The translations under genes were made by a program, and so were the position numbers. A stretch of DNA of 64,000 nucleotides, taken from Candidatus Multivoradales bacterium. Its GTDB lineage: Bacteria; Acidobacteriota; Thermoanaerobaculia; Multivoradales; JAHEKO01. Location of the stretch: contig CBDFIJ010000004.1 in NCBI GenBank assembly GCA_965248055.1, positions 2,208,001 through 2,272,000 of the forward strand, given 5' to 3'. Of the stretch, positions 11,031 through 22,054 are shown in pieces. Under the pieces are notes generated by a model that searched no databases, was not told where the DNA came from, and was given only the letters and a program-made list of their open reading frames with translations. Numbering within the stretch: position 1 is the first letter of the stretch; every line of letters starts with the position of its first letter.

Positions 11031-12755
11031 GTGGGTAAGCGAAACATAGAGTTTGTGACAAAATTCCTGGTGCTCCAGGCGATATTGTTTGTAGGTTTGT
11101 TTGGCGGCGTTCTGTCGGCTCAAGAAGTGGGCCAAGACAACGCCGAGCACGACAGCTTTGTTGAAGTGGTCGATGTCGAGATCGTCAATGTCGATGTCTG
11201 GGTCACCGATCGGCAGGGTGATCCAATCAACGGGCTGACACAAGAGGACTTTGAGGTTCTTCGCGACGGTGAGCTAATTGAAACCACAAATTTCTATGCC
11301 GTGGCTGGAGGTCGCTCAGTTCGGGTTGAACCGGAAATTGATCCTGAAGTTTCGTCGGAGATTCCCCTTCCCAGCGAACCCCTGGTGGCTCCGGAACATC
11401 AATTGTGGTTGATTGTCTATGTAGACAATTTCAACATCGACCCGATCGAGCGCAATCGCATCTTTCCAGCCTTGGAGCAATTTTTGTTTCGCACCCTCGG
11501 CCAAGGCGGCCAGGGGATGGTGGTCAGCTACGATCGTTTTCTCGACGTACGCCAGCCGTTTACCGATCAAACCGTGTTGTTGACCAATGCTTTGGCGGGA
11601 ATTCGCGATGATGCGGGGATTGGCGCCGTTCGCCGGCGCGAGCAAATGGCTGCGCTGCGCGGCATTGACAAAGCCGAGAGCGTCGAGAGTGCGTTGATGA
11701 ACGCGTATATCTATGCTGAGTCGGTACGCAGTGGAATCGATTTCACCGCAGATGCTCTGGACCGTTTGGTGGACACCTTGGCGGGGCTTCCGGGTCGCAA
11801 GGCGCTGGTGCACGTCTCCAGCGGTGTACCCATGGTGGCCGGTGAGGAGATGTTCTACGCTATAGGAGAGAAGTTTGACGCCTCCGAAGCCTACGCAGAG
11901 ATTCCCCGCCACGATACTTCGCGGCGGTTTGAAGCGGTCAGCCGTAAGGCCGCCTCGCACCGGGTGGTATTTCACACGCTGGATGCAGGTGGGCTACGAG
12001 GGATCGAATTTGGCGCAGCAGAATATGGTGGCTTTGTCAGTCCTAAGCTGCGTACCACGTTGGACTCCGTAGTCCCGGAAAATCTGCAAGCGCCGCTAAG
12101 GCTGATGGCTGAGGAAACCGGCGGCCATACGATTCTCAATCAAAACGACGTGCGGCCTGCGCTCGAACGCGTGACCCAAGATCTCGGATCTTTCTATTCT
12201 TTGGGGATCCCCTCCGTCGACGCCGACAGCGGTCGCTTTCACGAAATTGAAGTGAAATTGAAACAAAAGGATCGAGGAATTCGCGTGCGGCACCGTACCG
12301 GCTATCGCAGCAAGAGCAAAAACACCCGGTTACAAGAGACCCTGCGCTCAGCTCTGTTGTACGAGCACGAGATGAACCCGCTTGCCGCGGAGATTGGTTG
12401 GGGCAAAGCCGCGCCCTACGGCGACAAACTATTTCTCCTGCCGATCGAAGTCCGTGTGCCGTTGGGGAAAACCGTTCTACTGCCGATGCCAGACGGCAAA
12501 CACGAGGCTCGATTACGACTCTTTGTTGGGGCCGCCGCCGAAGACGGTGATCTTTCGGGGCTGGAAGAGACACCGTTTGGCGTTCGCGTTGCGCCTGAAA
12601 ACCTAGAGGCCGCTCTCGGTGAATCGTTGATCTACAACCACAAGCTGCTAGTCAACCCAGGGTTGCAAAAAGTTGGAATTGCGATCCTGGATGTTTTTGG
12701 CAACCAATCTTCGGTGATCACCGGTGTGGTGCAGGTAGGAAACTCGCAGCGATAA
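11031..12755 (+). CDS. Exported Acidobacteria-type VWA domain protein
   Basis: VDVEIVNVDVWVTDRQG, LPGRKALVHVSSG, AEETGG, HEIEVKL..RHRTGY. Confidence 0.85.
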   Translation: MGKRNIEFVTKFLVLQAILFVGLFGGVLSAQEVGQDNAEHDSFVEVVDVEIVNVDVWVTDRQGDPINGLTQEDFEVLRDGELIETTNFYAVAGGRSVRVEPEIDPEVSSEIPLPSEPLVAPEHQLWLIVYVDNFNIDPIERNRIFPALEQFLFRTLGQGGQGMVVSYDRFLDVRQPFTDQTVLLTNALAGIRDDAGIGAVRRREQMAALRGIDKAESVESALMNAYIYAESVRSGIDFTADALDRLVDTLAGLPGRKALVHVSSGVPMVAGEEMFYAIGEKFDASEAYAEIPRHDTSRRFEAVSRKAASHRVVFHTLDAGGLRGIEFGAAEYGGFVSPKLRTTLDSVVPENLQAPLRLMAEETGGHTILNQNDVRPALERVTQDLGSFYSLGIPSVDADSGRFHEIEVKLKQKDRGIRVRHRTGYRSKSKNTRLQETLRSALLYEHEMNPLAAEIGWGKAAPYGDKLFLLPIEVRVPLGKTVLLPMPDGKHEARLRLFVGAAAEDGDLSGLEETPFGVRVAPENLEAALGESLIYNHKLLVNPGLQKVGIAILDVFGNQSSVITGVVQVGNSQR

Positions 12756-12813
12756 TTGAACCCGCGACGCCGAGAGTCGCCTTCAATCCGGTCCACACTG
12801 TCTTTCGAGCGTG

Positions 12814-14085
12814 TTACTCCAGGTAGGACAGCATGTCGCGCGCGGTTTGTGCTTCCGCGTCTTCCGGGGCCAGAGTGAGGAACTTTTCCAATGCCGCCTT
12901 GGCCTCGACGTTTTCTCTGCGCGAAACATGATCTAAGCCAACGAAGTAGTAAGCCTTGCCTAAGTTCGGGTCGAGGCTCAAAGCTAAGCGTGAAAGTCTT
13001 GCCGCTTGCTCAGGTTGACCGCTGTTCCAAAGATCACCCGCTTGCTCAACCAACTTGACGCCACCGAAGTCGGGGTCGATTTCGGCCAGCCGGGGCGCGA
13101 TTTCCGTCAAGTCTTCAGTTCGACCCAGGGCGTCGTAGGCGTCATAAAGCACCCGCAACGTCCGGACGTCTTCGGATCCCAGCTCCAGTGCCTTTTCAGC
13201 TGCCGCTGCCGCTTCCGCGTAGTCGCCGTTGGCGTACTCCAGCGTTGCTACAGCGTGGTGTGCGTCGTGCAGCGACGGGTCGAGCTCCGCTGCTCTTCGA
13301 AACTTGGTCAACGCGGTGATCTGATCCTTGGCTTGGAATGCGGTGGCCCCTTCATTGTAAAGACGCCGGGCTGAAGCCACAGCGTCTTCCGCTTGATCCA
13401 AGGCGGCGCTCACCAATTCCGCATCGTCGTTGCGACCCAACACCAAGAGCGCTTGGTGTTTGACGCGCAGCGCTTCGACATTTCCAGGTGCCAGGGCGAG
13501 GGTCTGGTTGGCGGCAGCAATTGCGCTTTCGGACTCTCCGGAGTCCAACAGCACCTGACTGAGAACCATATTGGCGGGAACCAAAGAAGGGTCTGAGCTG
13601 AGGGCTTCCTCAAGCTTAGAGCGGGCGGTTGTCAGATCGCCGTCTTGCTGGGCGGTGAGCCCGGCATTGAACGCCTCGATCGCGACATTGGTCGATCCCG
13701 TGACCACAGCACCCAGATCCCCGTGACTTTCAATCACTTGGCTTTGTGAAGCTTCCATGACGAACTCTTCCCGTGTCTGCCGAGTCACCGACGGAGAATA
13801 GGGCTGGGTAAAACTCTGGAAGCCAGACTTTTCAAACAGGAGGTTGAAGAGATACTGTGATTGGCTGTTTTGAAAACGGATCTTGAACTCGCCGTCTCCG
13901 TCGGTGGTCAAAGTCTTGCGAAAGGAGGTTAGTTCTTCGGAGGTTATGGTCACCTTGGCACCCGAGAGGGGGCTCCCATCGCTGTCTACCACGGTGCCAC
14001 GTAACAGACCGTTTTGAGCCCACGCCAAGGAGGAGAGCAGTAAGCAGGTAAAGCCGACGATCCAAGTTCGTTTGGTATGAATCAT
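12814..14085 (-). CDS. Exported carboxypeptidase-regulatory-like domain + TPR protein
   Basis: Signal peptide, LRGTVVDSDGSPLSGAKVT, multiple TPRs. Confidence 0.85.
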   Translation of the reverse strand: MIHTKRTWIVGFTCLLLSSLAWAQNGLLRGTVVDSDGSPLSGAKVTITSEELTSFRKTLTTDGDGEFKIRFQNSQSQYLFNLLFEKSGFQSFTQPYSPSVTRQTREEFVMEASQSQVIESHGDLGAVVTGSTNVAIEAFNAGLTAQQDGDLTTARSKLEEALSSDPSLVPANMVLSQVLLDSGESESAIAAANQTLALAPGNVEALRVKHQALLVLGRNDDAELVSAALDQAEDAVASARRLYNEGATAFQAKDQITALTKFRRAAELDPSLHDAHHAVATLEYANGDYAEAAAAAEKALELGSEDVRTLRVLYDAYDALGRTEDLTEIAPRLAEIDPDFGGVKLVEQAGDLWNSGQPEQAARLSRLALSLDPNLGKAYYFVGLDHVSRRENVEAKAALEKFLTLAPEDAEAQTARDMLSYLE

Positions 14086-14178
14086 GAAATGAGATCTCCC
14101 GGTGGTCAGGTAATTTAGTGGCAAAGCGCTTACTATATCCAGTGAAATCATGGCAGTCTTTTTCGCCAGCACAACCCG

Positions 14179-15993
14179 TTGAGGTTCTCTACTATGCAAA
14201 ACCAAATCCACAAGCCTGAAGTGGCATCGATTCGACAACGTCTGGGGTCGGCTAGGTGGCTGCTGACCTTAGCTTTGCTGATCCAAATGCAGGGACGAGT
14301 GCCATTGCTGGCCCAAGAAACGGAGACCCAGTCGCCAAGTTTCTTGGAAGCAGTGGACGTTCGCGTGATCAATGTTGACGTCTCAGTGACTGACAAGTCG
14401 GGAGTGCCGGTGGCGGGGTTGAGCGCCGAGGATTTCGAGCTCAAGGTGGATGGAGAAGTTATCCCGATTACCAACTTCTATGCCGAATCGGGCGGCAGGG
14501 CGCGCGAAGTTACGAGCACGGTTCGGAAGTCGGATTCGGAGTTCCGAACGGTGGAGGAAGTGGCGGCAGATCCTCGCAGATCTCACGTCGTCGTCTTAGT
14601 CGATCATTCTCGGCTTCGTCCCAATAATCGCAAACGTGCATTCACCGCTCTGCGGGTCGCGGTGGACCGCTTGGCCCCCCAAGATTTGGTTGCCATCGTC
14701 GGGATCGAAAAAGAGTCAGTCGTCTTCTATTCAGATTTCCTCTATGACCGCCAGGCGATCCACCGAGTTCTCGATCGTCTACTCAAGGTTTCGACTCCCA
14801 GCAATATCGCCGAGATAGAGCGACGACAGATCGTCAACGAGCTCACCCGTGGTCAAAGTGGAGGTATCCAAGCGCGAGCTTCGCTGGCTCAAGATGGTGC
14901 GTTGATGTCTCGCGTGCGCGCTTATGCCGCCCAAGAGTATCAGCGTGGAATACAGTCTTTGCAGCAGATCGAACAGATCGTCGCAACCATGGCGGGTATT
15001 CGCGGACGCAAGGCCCTTTTCTATCTTGGAGAGGGGGTACCCACACGGCCCGGTGAAGGCTTATACGTCGAATGGAGAAACCGATTTGGTGGTAGCGAAT
15101 CGAATTCAATCATTGGCATGCGACGGACAGACTTCAATACCGACTACACCCGGGCAGTTGGGCGATATGACTTGACAGCTCCAATGCGTAGCTTGGCGTC
15201 TTCGGCGAACCGTTCTGGAGTTACGATGTATGCAATTGATGCTGAAGGCTCGCATGGTGCGCTCATGCGTTCGGCACTGAGTGAGCAAGGTGCATCTTCC
15301 GAAACGCTGTCAGTGATTGACGAAAACTACCGAACGCCATTGGAATATGCTTCCAAAGCGACCGGTGGGCGCTTGTTGCAGTCATCCGGTTTGTTGTCGG
15401 AACAGTTGACCAGCGTGGTACAGAATCTGGGTGTCTTCTATTCCTTGGGGTTTAGTCCGCCAGAGAGTTGGGAGCCAGGGTCAGACCATCGGATCAAGAT
15501 TAAGGTGGTTGGCAAAGGCCTCGATGCGTGGCATAGAGAGACGGTTGGGCTACCTCAGAAAGATGAGCGAGAAGCGAGCGCTACGGTAGCCGCATTGATG
15601 TATCAATCCACGTACAACCCCTTGAGCGTTATTGCAACTCCTGAGGCCGGTACGGCGAGAGATGACGGATCAATTGCTTTACCAATTCTCTTGGAACTGC
15701 CAGTGGCGCTGATGGGTCTTTTGCCAATGGAGGGAATGCATCAGAGTTCGTTAACCATCTATGTGACGACCAAGAGCAAAGACGGTCGAGCCAGCCAAGT
15801 ACAAAAGATACCGTTCAATCTCAGCATCCCAGACGACAAACTTGCTGCTGCCCAAGAGGACTCTGCATACTACACTCTACCGGTTGTTTTGCGCCCGGGA
15901 GATCAGCAGGTTGCTATCGGGATACGGGACAATATCAAAGGGTTATTTTCGGCGATTCGGGTTGAAGTGACCGAGCTCTCATCCACTGAGTAG
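14179..15993 (+). CDS. Exported Acidobacteria-type VWA domain protein (paralog of 11031..12755); start uncertain
   Basis: VDVRVINVDVSVTDKSG, IRGRKALFYLGEG, ATGG. Confidence 0.85.
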   Translation: MRFSTMQNQIHKPEVASIRQRLGSARWLLTLALLIQMQGRVPLLAQETETQSPSFLEAVDVRVINVDVSVTDKSGVPVAGLSAEDFELKVDGEVIPITNFYAESGGRAREVTSTVRKSDSEFRTVEEVAADPRRSHVVVLVDHSRLRPNNRKRAFTALRVAVDRLAPQDLVAIVGIEKESVVFYSDFLYDRQAIHRVLDRLLKVSTPSNIAEIERRQIVNELTRGQSGGIQARASLAQDGALMSRVRAYAAQEYQRGIQSLQQIEQIVATMAGIRGRKALFYLGEGVPTRPGEGLYVEWRNRFGGSESNSIIGMRRTDFNTDYTRAVGRYDLTAPMRSLASSANRSGVTMYAIDAEGSHGALMRSALSEQGASSETLSVIDENYRTPLEYASKATGGRLLQSSGLLSEQLTSVVQNLGVFYSLGFSPPESWEPGSDHRIKIKVVGKGLDAWHRETVGLPQKDEREASATVAALMYQSTYNPLSVIATPEAGTARDDGSIALPILLELPVALMGLLPMEGMHQSSLTIYVTTKSKDGRASQVQKIPFNLSIPDDKLAAAQEDSAYYTLPVVLRPGDQQVAIGIRDNIKGLFSAIRVEVTELSSTE

Positions 15994-16998
15994 GGGCAAC
16001 CTAGTCGCAGTCAAACGCATTGCGTCACTGGTTGAGCGGATGTCTCCCGAATCTTGTGGAAATTGGTATTTGGCGTAACGTCTCCAGCGGTCAGGTTTAG
16101 TTGATTCTAGTGCTACGCGGCTGCTTGACGGTCAAGCATCCGGTGCAAGTCTTGGTACCCGTTGATGCGGTGCATCCTGATCTGACCGAAAGCGACGAGT
16201 CCCCAGAGCAAGGTAACACCCGCTGCCTCAGTCGAGAATGAGCCTTGGGTCTTGGTACGGCGCCGAAACTCACGGTTGAGATTCTCCAGCGCGTTGGTGG
16301 TCCTTGTGGATCGCCACAACGATCTCGGTAAATCGTAGAAAGTGATCAGTTCCATCCCAGCCTCTTGGAAGCTCCTGGCTACTGCGGGCACCAGCTTGGA
16401 CCACTTGGTAACAAAGATCGAATAGCTCTCTCGGGCAGCCAGGGCATCTTGGGCTCGCACCACTTGATCCCAGTCTCTCTTGAGCTCACCATGAGCATGC
16501 TTAGGGCAGTACTTCTTCAGGTTTTCCCACTTGTGCTGGATACAACGCTGGACTTTGGCCTCTGGCCAAGCCCTGACTCCCACCGCCAAACCCTTGTGGC
16601 CGTCTGAGACCAGGAGATGCGGTGCTTTCAAGCCCCTGCGTTTAAGATCTTCAATCAACCACTTCCAGTGACTGCCTGCCTCACTGGCTGCTAACCGTAG
16701 AGCTACCAGGACTTTGGTGCCATCTTCTCTTACCCCCAGAGCAGCCAGCACCGGAGCTGACACCACTCGCCGAGCAAGCCGCACTTTCAAGTGAAAGCCA
16801 ACAAGAAACAAGATCGGGTAGCTTTCCTCAGACAGGCCTCGCTCACTCCAACGGGCAAAGTGCTCCTTCAAACGCGATACCACCCGAGACACAGCGCTCT
16901 TGGATAGATGCTCCCTGCCCAGCAGTGGAGTCCCTATCTGCCAACGTAGCTGAGACACTTGGCCCCCTGATAATTAGAGGGCGGAAGGAGGTTTCAGT

Positions 16999-17478
16999 AT
17001 GTTTCAGAATCAGCCCATATTGCCCGTCTCGCCGAAGGCGACCGAGGAGCGTAGCGACGAGGGAGCCGGAGGGGAGACGGCGCAGTTGTCCTCGACCCCC
17101 GAATCGGTACCCGACCCTGAGATCGAGGCTCGACCCGCCAGACGGCGGTTTACGGCAAAGTACAAGCTGGCGATCTTGGAGCAGGCCGACGCTTGCTCCA
17201 GCCGAGAGGAGGTCGGGTCCCTGTTGCGCCGGGAGGGTCTCTACTCATCTCATCTATCTAACTGGCGCCTAGCTCGGCGACGGGGATCGCTTGCCGCGCT
17301 CGGCAAAAGCCGTGGACGCAAACCCAAAAGGCACCCGTTGGAAAGCAAGGTTGCTCGACTAGAGCGGGAGAAGACTCGGCTTGAGAACGAATTGCACAGG
17401 GCACAGCTGATCATCGATGTGCAAAGAAAAGTAGCCGGGCTGCTGGGTATCCCCTCAGAGGGCGAGAAGAACTCGTGA
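16999..17478 (+). CDS. IS3-like OrfA (HTH)
   Basis: RRRFTAKYKLAIL...LLRREGLYSSHLSNWR. Confidence 0.85.
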   Translation: MFQNQPILPVSPKATEERSDEGAGGETAQLSSTPESVPDPEIEARPARRRFTAKYKLAILEQADACSSREEVGSLLRREGLYSSHLSNWRLARRRGSLAALGKSRGRKPKRHPLESKVARLEREKTRLENELHRAQLIIDVQRKVAGLLGIPSEGEKNS

Positions 17479-18488
17479 AAGCGGCCAGGACGCTGGCTCC
17501 GTGGGTCGGTATCGCACCGGCCTGCCGGAGCCTGAGCGTCAGTCGTGCAACGTTCTATCGTCGGCTTCGGCCGAGATCAACCGAGCCTCAGCAGCCTCGA
17601 CCGACTCCAGCTCGGGCACTGACAGTCAGCGAAAAACAACAGGTCCTTGACCTACTCAACGGGCCGCGCTTTGTCGACGCTGCACCGGCGGCCGTGGTGG
17701 CCACCCTTCTCGACGAAGAACGCTATCTGTGCTCGGAGCGCACCATGTACCGACTCCTGGCAGCTGAGAAGACGCTGCAGGAGAGACGGCGCCAACGCCG
17801 CCATCCGGTCTATACCAAGCCAGAGCTACTCGCCACAGCGGCAAACCAAGTCTGGAGCTGGGATATCACCCGGCTGCGAGGTCCTCAGCCGGGATGGTGG
17901 TTCTATCTCTACGTTGTCCTCGATATCTTCAGCCGCTATGTGGTCGGCTGGATGCTCGCCGAGCACGAACGCGAGGCCTTAGCCCAAAGGCTTCTCAAGG
18001 AGACCTCAACCAAGCAAGGCATTCCCAAGAATCAGCTAACCCTACACAGTGATCGGGGCTCGCCGATGACCGCCAAGGACACCGGACGACTCCTCGTAAG
18101 GCTTGGTATCTCTCAGTCGTTCTCGCGGCCTCGCATCTCCAACGATAATCCCTTCTCCGAAGCCCAATTCAAGACCCTCAAGTATCACCCGAGCTTTCCC
18201 GATCGGTTCGGCTCGATCGAGGACGCTATCGCCTTCTGCAGGTCGTTCTTTATCTGGTACAACACCCAGCACCGTCACGCCGGCATCGCCATGCTGACAC
18301 CCGAAGATGTCCACTACGGCAAGGCCGACCACAAGCTCAAGATCCGTCAACTGGCCCTTGACCAAGCTTGGCGAAACAACCCACAGCGATTTGTCCGTGG
18401 AAGACCGACCGTTCAGCTATTACCGAGGGCCGTCTGGATCAACCCACCCAAACATCAGCGCACCAAGGAGGTTGTCCCGATTCACTAA
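17475..18488 (+). CDS. IS3-like OrfB DDE transposase
   Basis: NQVWSWDIT, LHSDRGS, DNPFSEAQFKTLK; GTGA overlap with orfA. Confidence 0.9.
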   Translation: MKAARTLAPWVGIAPACRSLSVSRATFYRRLRPRSTEPQQPRPTPARALTVSEKQQVLDLLNGPRFVDAAPAAVVATLLDEERYLCSERTMYRLLAAEKTLQERRRQRRHPVYTKPELLATAANQVWSWDITRLRGPQPGWWFYLYVVLDIFSRYVVGWMLAEHEREALAQRLLKETSTKQGIPKNQLTLHSDRGSPMTAKDTGRLLVRLGISQSFSRPRISNDNPFSEAQFKTLKYHPSFPDRFGSIEDAIAFCRSFFIWYNTQHRHAGIAMLTPEDVHYGKADHKLKIRQLALDQAWRNNPQRFVRGRPTVQLLPRAVWINPPKHQRTKEVVPIH

Positions 18489-18785
18489 TTAGTTCTGCCA
18501 ACTGTCTCAAAGTTGTTGACAGGTTCCGAGTCAAGGCCTTCTTGATCCGACGGCTGTTGGCCCCTGCTAGGTAGCAGCCGAGAATCGCTTCATCCACCTC
18601 TAGGGTGCGCCGCTGGTAGCGCTCAACAAGATGGCTTTGAAACTCCTCAGTGGATCCATCTTGGACTACTACCCGACCACGAGGAATTCGCAGTTGCCGG
18701 GATCCGTATCGGGTCGTGATCAGAGGTGGACCCCAATCGTTGGACAGGTCAGCGGCCAAATTAAGGTGGAATCCGGGGTTCATTG

Positions 18786-19673
18786 TTAAGCCGCTTTGGC
18801 GGTCTCAGAGCCGGGGCGGAGCCCCGGATTTGAGACCGTCTGATCCTGATTGTACGCCTCATTCGGTGTGCGATCTCCAAGCGACGAGTGAGGGCGTCTC
18901 TGGTTGTAGAAATCCATCCACCAGGAGATCCCGGCCTTGGCTTCGGTGCCTGTCTGAAACTCCGACAGATAGACCTTTTCGTACTTGAGGGATCGCCACA
19001 GACGCTCGAAAAACACATTGTCCATCCACCGCCCCTTGCCATCCATCGAGATCTTGATACCAGCCCTCTGCAGCACCCGGGTGAAGTCCAGACTCGTAAA
19101 CTGACTACCCTGATCGGTGTTGAAGATCTCCGGTGTGCCGTAGCGCTCGATGGCCTCTTCCAAGGCCTCGACGCAGAAGTCAGCATCAAGCGTGTTTGAG
19201 AGCCGCCAGCTGAGCACCTTGCGCGTTTTCCAGTCCATCACTGCGACCAGGTAGAGAAAACCGCGTTTGAGCGGGATGTAGGTGATGTCCGAGCACCACA
19301 CCTGGTTCGGTCGCGTGATCGCCAAGTCTCGAAGTAAATATGGGTATGTCCGGTGCTCTGGATGCGGCTTGGAGGTATTTGGCCGTTGATAAATCGTGCG
19401 TAAGCCCATCTGCCGCATCAGGCGCTTAACGCGCTTGCGATTCACCCTCAAGCCCTCACGCCTCAAGTGCCGCGTCATCTGCCGAGAGCCGTAAAACGGC
19501 GTCTTGAGATACTGCTCGTCGATCAGCCGCATCAGCCTCAGGTTGAGCTCGGTCTCGCCCTTGCCTTGGTAGTAGCACGAGGAGCGAGACAACGACATCA
19601 GCCGGCACTGGCGAACCACACTCAAATCTGATTGCTTGAGTTCGATCATCGCCACTCTCTTGGTGTGGCTCAA
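18786..19673 (-). CDS. IS3 OrfB integrase-core transposase
   Basis: [36 protein letters not shown]. Confidence 0.92.
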   Translation of the reverse strand: MSHTKRVAMIELKQSDLSVVRQCRLMSLSRSSCYYQGKGETELNLRLMRLIDEQYLKTPFYGSRQMTRHLRREGLRVNRKRVKRLMRQMGLRTIYQRPNTSKPHPEHRTYPYLLRDLAITRPNQVWCSDITYIPLKRGFLYLVAVMDWKTRKVLSWRLSNTLDADFCVEALEEAIERYGTPEIFNTDQGSQFTSLDFTRVLQRAGIKISMDGKGRWMDNVFFERLWRSLKYEKVYLSEFQTGTEAKAGISWWMDFYNQRRPHSSLGDRTPNEAYNQDQTVSNPGLRPGSETAKAA

Positions 19674-19954
19674 CGATCGAACGCCTTGGACAAAAAATCC
19701 CGTTCCAAGACCAACTCTCCAACTTTGGCTCTAAGGTCTTTGATCTCAGATTCCCGAGACGCCTCGCGACGGGATCCTTGGCCTGAAAAACCGGCCAATA
19801 CCTGCTCGCGAGCCTTCTTTTTCCAGTTGGTGATTAGATTCGGATGAACGTTGTAACGGCTCGAAAGATCCGACAATGTCCGCTCTCCACGGAGAGCTTC
19901 AAGCGCTACTCGGGCTTTCAACTCCGGAGGATAACTACGTCGTTTTCTTGGCAT
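19670..19954 (-). CDS. IS3 OrfA
   Basis: KRRSYPPELKARVALEA; T-run GATTTTTTG near the 3' end is a candidate -1 frameshift site. Confidence 0.88.
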   Translation of the reverse strand: MPRKRRSYPPELKARVALEALRGERTLSDLSSRYNVHPNLITNWKKKAREQVLAGFSGQGSRREASRESEIKDLRAKVGELVLERDFLSKAFDR

Positions 19955-20387
19955 TCCAGACTCCTTTTTGTCTGTCTGGATTCCACCTTAACAACCTGTC
20001 CGAAATATGGGGTCCACCTCTATCGTCCGCTCTTGTTTGCCGTTGCGATAGCCCGAGCGCTCACCTGAGCGCTCGTACGCAACACAACCCAATGCGTCAG
20101 CAAGCTCTTCTTCTAGAACTATTTCGATTGCTTCCCGGATACGGTGCTGAAGCTTTGACTGGATATCTTGCTGGAAACGAGATGATTCCGGGCTCTGATT
20201 GGTACTCTTGTCCATGGCGTAGCCTCCTTTCGCCTACCCGGCGATGGGTTTTGACTACCGGAGGTTACGCCTTTCTCAATTTCCACAACAATCAGGACGG
20301 ATCCCGTTCAATATATCCGTGATCAGCCCAATCAAGGAATTCTAGATTCTCTCAATAATCGCCTGGGACCTCAGTCAGATCTCTTCA

Positions 20388-20976
20388 TTAGTTGGTGACA
20401 TCAACCGTGACCGTAGCGGTATCCGACTGCTGTCCATCGTTGACCGTTAACTCCACCAAGTAAATACCGGCGTTGGAATAGCTGTGGGTCACGGATGGTA
20501 ACGAAGAGCTGGCGCCATCCACGCCTAGATCCCAGGAATACGTCAACGAGTCTCCGTCGAGATCGACCGAACCAACGTTACGTTCCCTCAATCGTCAATG
20601 CATAGTTGGCGGCACCACCGAAGCTATTGTCCGTAATCGTCACATTAATATCATGGGTCGTAGCTCCAGGCGCGGCCGCAAGGATCGCGATGCGATGATC
20701 GGTGTCCTTTCCTGGATCTCGAATTGGCCTCAGCTTCACGATAAACTTAGTGGAAGGGTCTAAGCCATCACTGCTCAGGATACTAACTTCATCATCCAGC
20801 GCATCCCACACCGGAGTTGGGGTCCATCCGCTGTTGACTCTATCCGCTACCGGGCAGGCTTCTAAGATCGGCCAGACATCAAGAGTTGCCGCATTGGAGA
20901 TGGTTTCGCCAACGTCATGCCAAGCTCGACAGCGATACTGTCCTTCGTCACTGAGGGCGGCTTCCGAGATCCTCAA
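20388..20976 (-). pseudogene. Fragments of an Ig / unknown-domain / PKD protein (paralog of the Rhs tail)
   Basis: DEGQYRC..ISNAATLDV, CPVADRVNSGWTPTPVW..DPGKDTDH, and in another frame DGDSLTYSWDLG..HSYSNAGIY. Confidence 0.7.
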
Positions 20977-21061
20977 CAGTTTCGGCCAAGAGAGCTCAAA
21001 TAATCGGCTGGCTCCTCTATTTCCTCTAGCTCTGCGGCACCTCTATCTCAAGTCTGTATGT

Positions 21062-22054
21062 CTATGAGGGCCAGCGATACAATGGCGCGACGATACGAAC
21101 GCTTTCTGGTAGTCGAAACTCGACCCAGGGATTCCTTCCCTGCGCTTCCGGTCGTTCTTCAATGAGGTAGTCAAAGCTAACTTGTAACTCCGCCGTGATA
21201 TTGTCGGCGAATACCCAAGTTCGGGCAGCTTCAATGGCTGGAGCCGCAAGTAATATGTCACCCGAGACATATGTTGCCGCTACTACGGCTCCTTCAACGA
21301 TTGACAACCTCACCACAGCGGTCCCCGTTAGACCATGGATCCTGAATTCGACTGGGTATACAGGCAATGTTCCAGAGACCAAAGCCAACACTTCTACGGT
21401 TGAGCTGTGGATAGCAGATTGCCGAGCCAGAAGAGCCCAATGCTTACCCAGCAGCTCTTCGCTGGGCGGTGAGGCCGAAATTACTTCCTTCAACACAAAC
21501 AGTGCTGGGCCACAGGATCCCTTACTCAACGACTCAACTTCTGAACTAGGCGGTCTTCGCTTCAGCCAAGCAAGCAACCGTGGATTACCACTAGGCAACT
21601 GCCGAACAAAGTCCGGATCATAAGGACCAAATGAACGCGGCCCCCGAAGGACGCCAATAACTTCTGCCAGAACCCTTCTGGGCGGGTTGCCGTCTACGAC
21701 TCCATGGGGAAGTCTTTCTCTCCGTTTCTCTTGCAGCCTAACGAGTCGCCTCATTCCTCGAACACCTGGGTCAATCTGCAGACATGCTCGCGGAAGAAAC
21801 GACCGTTCGCAATCGATCGCTTCAATGCGATTCCAGATTAGCCCCCGCGTACGAATCATGCGTTCTTCGTCTACGCCTATCTCCGAGAGAGCTTCACAGA
21901 AATCTACGCGTTCGATCTCCATGTCCTTGATTTCACCGGTGTTTGACCCGATTGACCTTTGACCGGTCGCAGCTGAAACGGGCCAGGCGGCCATAACCGT
22001 AAGACCCAACATCACAACAATAAGAGCGCATCGTTGGGTTGTGAGCGGGGTCAT
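21062..22054 (-). CDS. Putative immunity protein: exported, with C-terminal TonB-C-like domain
   Basis: ATGA overlap with the toxin gene; signal peptide; PVYP..GLTGTAVVRLSI..LAAPAIEAARTWVF. Confidence 0.65.
   Translation of the reverse strand: MTPLTTQRCALIVVMLGLTVMAAWPVSAATGQRSIGSNTGEIKDMEIERVDFCEALSEIGVDEERMIRTRGLIWNRIEAIDCERSFLPRACLQIDPGVRGMRRLVRLQEKRRERLPHGVVDGNPPRRVLAEVIGVLRGPRSFGPYDPDFVRQLPSGNPRLLAWLKRRPPSSEVESLSKGSCGPALFVLKEVISASPPSEELLGKHWALLARQSAIHSSTVEVLALVSGTLPVYPVEFRIHGLTGTAVVRLSIVEGAVVAATYVSGDILLAAPAIEAARTWVFADNITAELQVSFDYLIEERPEAQGRNPWVEFRLPESVRIVAPLYRWPS

Larger units (their letters stand above)
16932..18528 (+). mobile_element. IS3-family element with subterminal IRs (ISPpy1-subgroup-like)
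   Basis: AGT duplication at 16929-31 and 18529-31; IRs tgccaac..tgagaca / tgtctca..gttgaca lie 7 nt inside the ends. Confidence 0.85.
18722..20021 (-). mobile_element. IS3-family element, complete
   Basis: IRs agaggtggacccc..ggacagg / cctgtcc..ggggtccacctct; ATC duplication at 18719-21 and 20022-24. Confidence 0.92.
16113..20215 (-). pseudogene. IS256 (Mutator-type) transposase, fragmented
   Basis: Pieces 20215-20022, 18721-18529 and 16931-16113 rejoin (YRNGKQERTI-TTRYG; KKAL-TPLLG). The first catalytic Asp position reads V (ILFLVGFH). Confidence 0.85.
16038..20304 (-). mobile_element. IS256-family element interrupted by two nested IS
   Basis: IR ggatgtctcccgaatcttgtggaaattg and rc ggatccgtcctgattgttgtggaaattg; transposase in three pieces; no target duplication seen. 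Confidence 0.88.
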
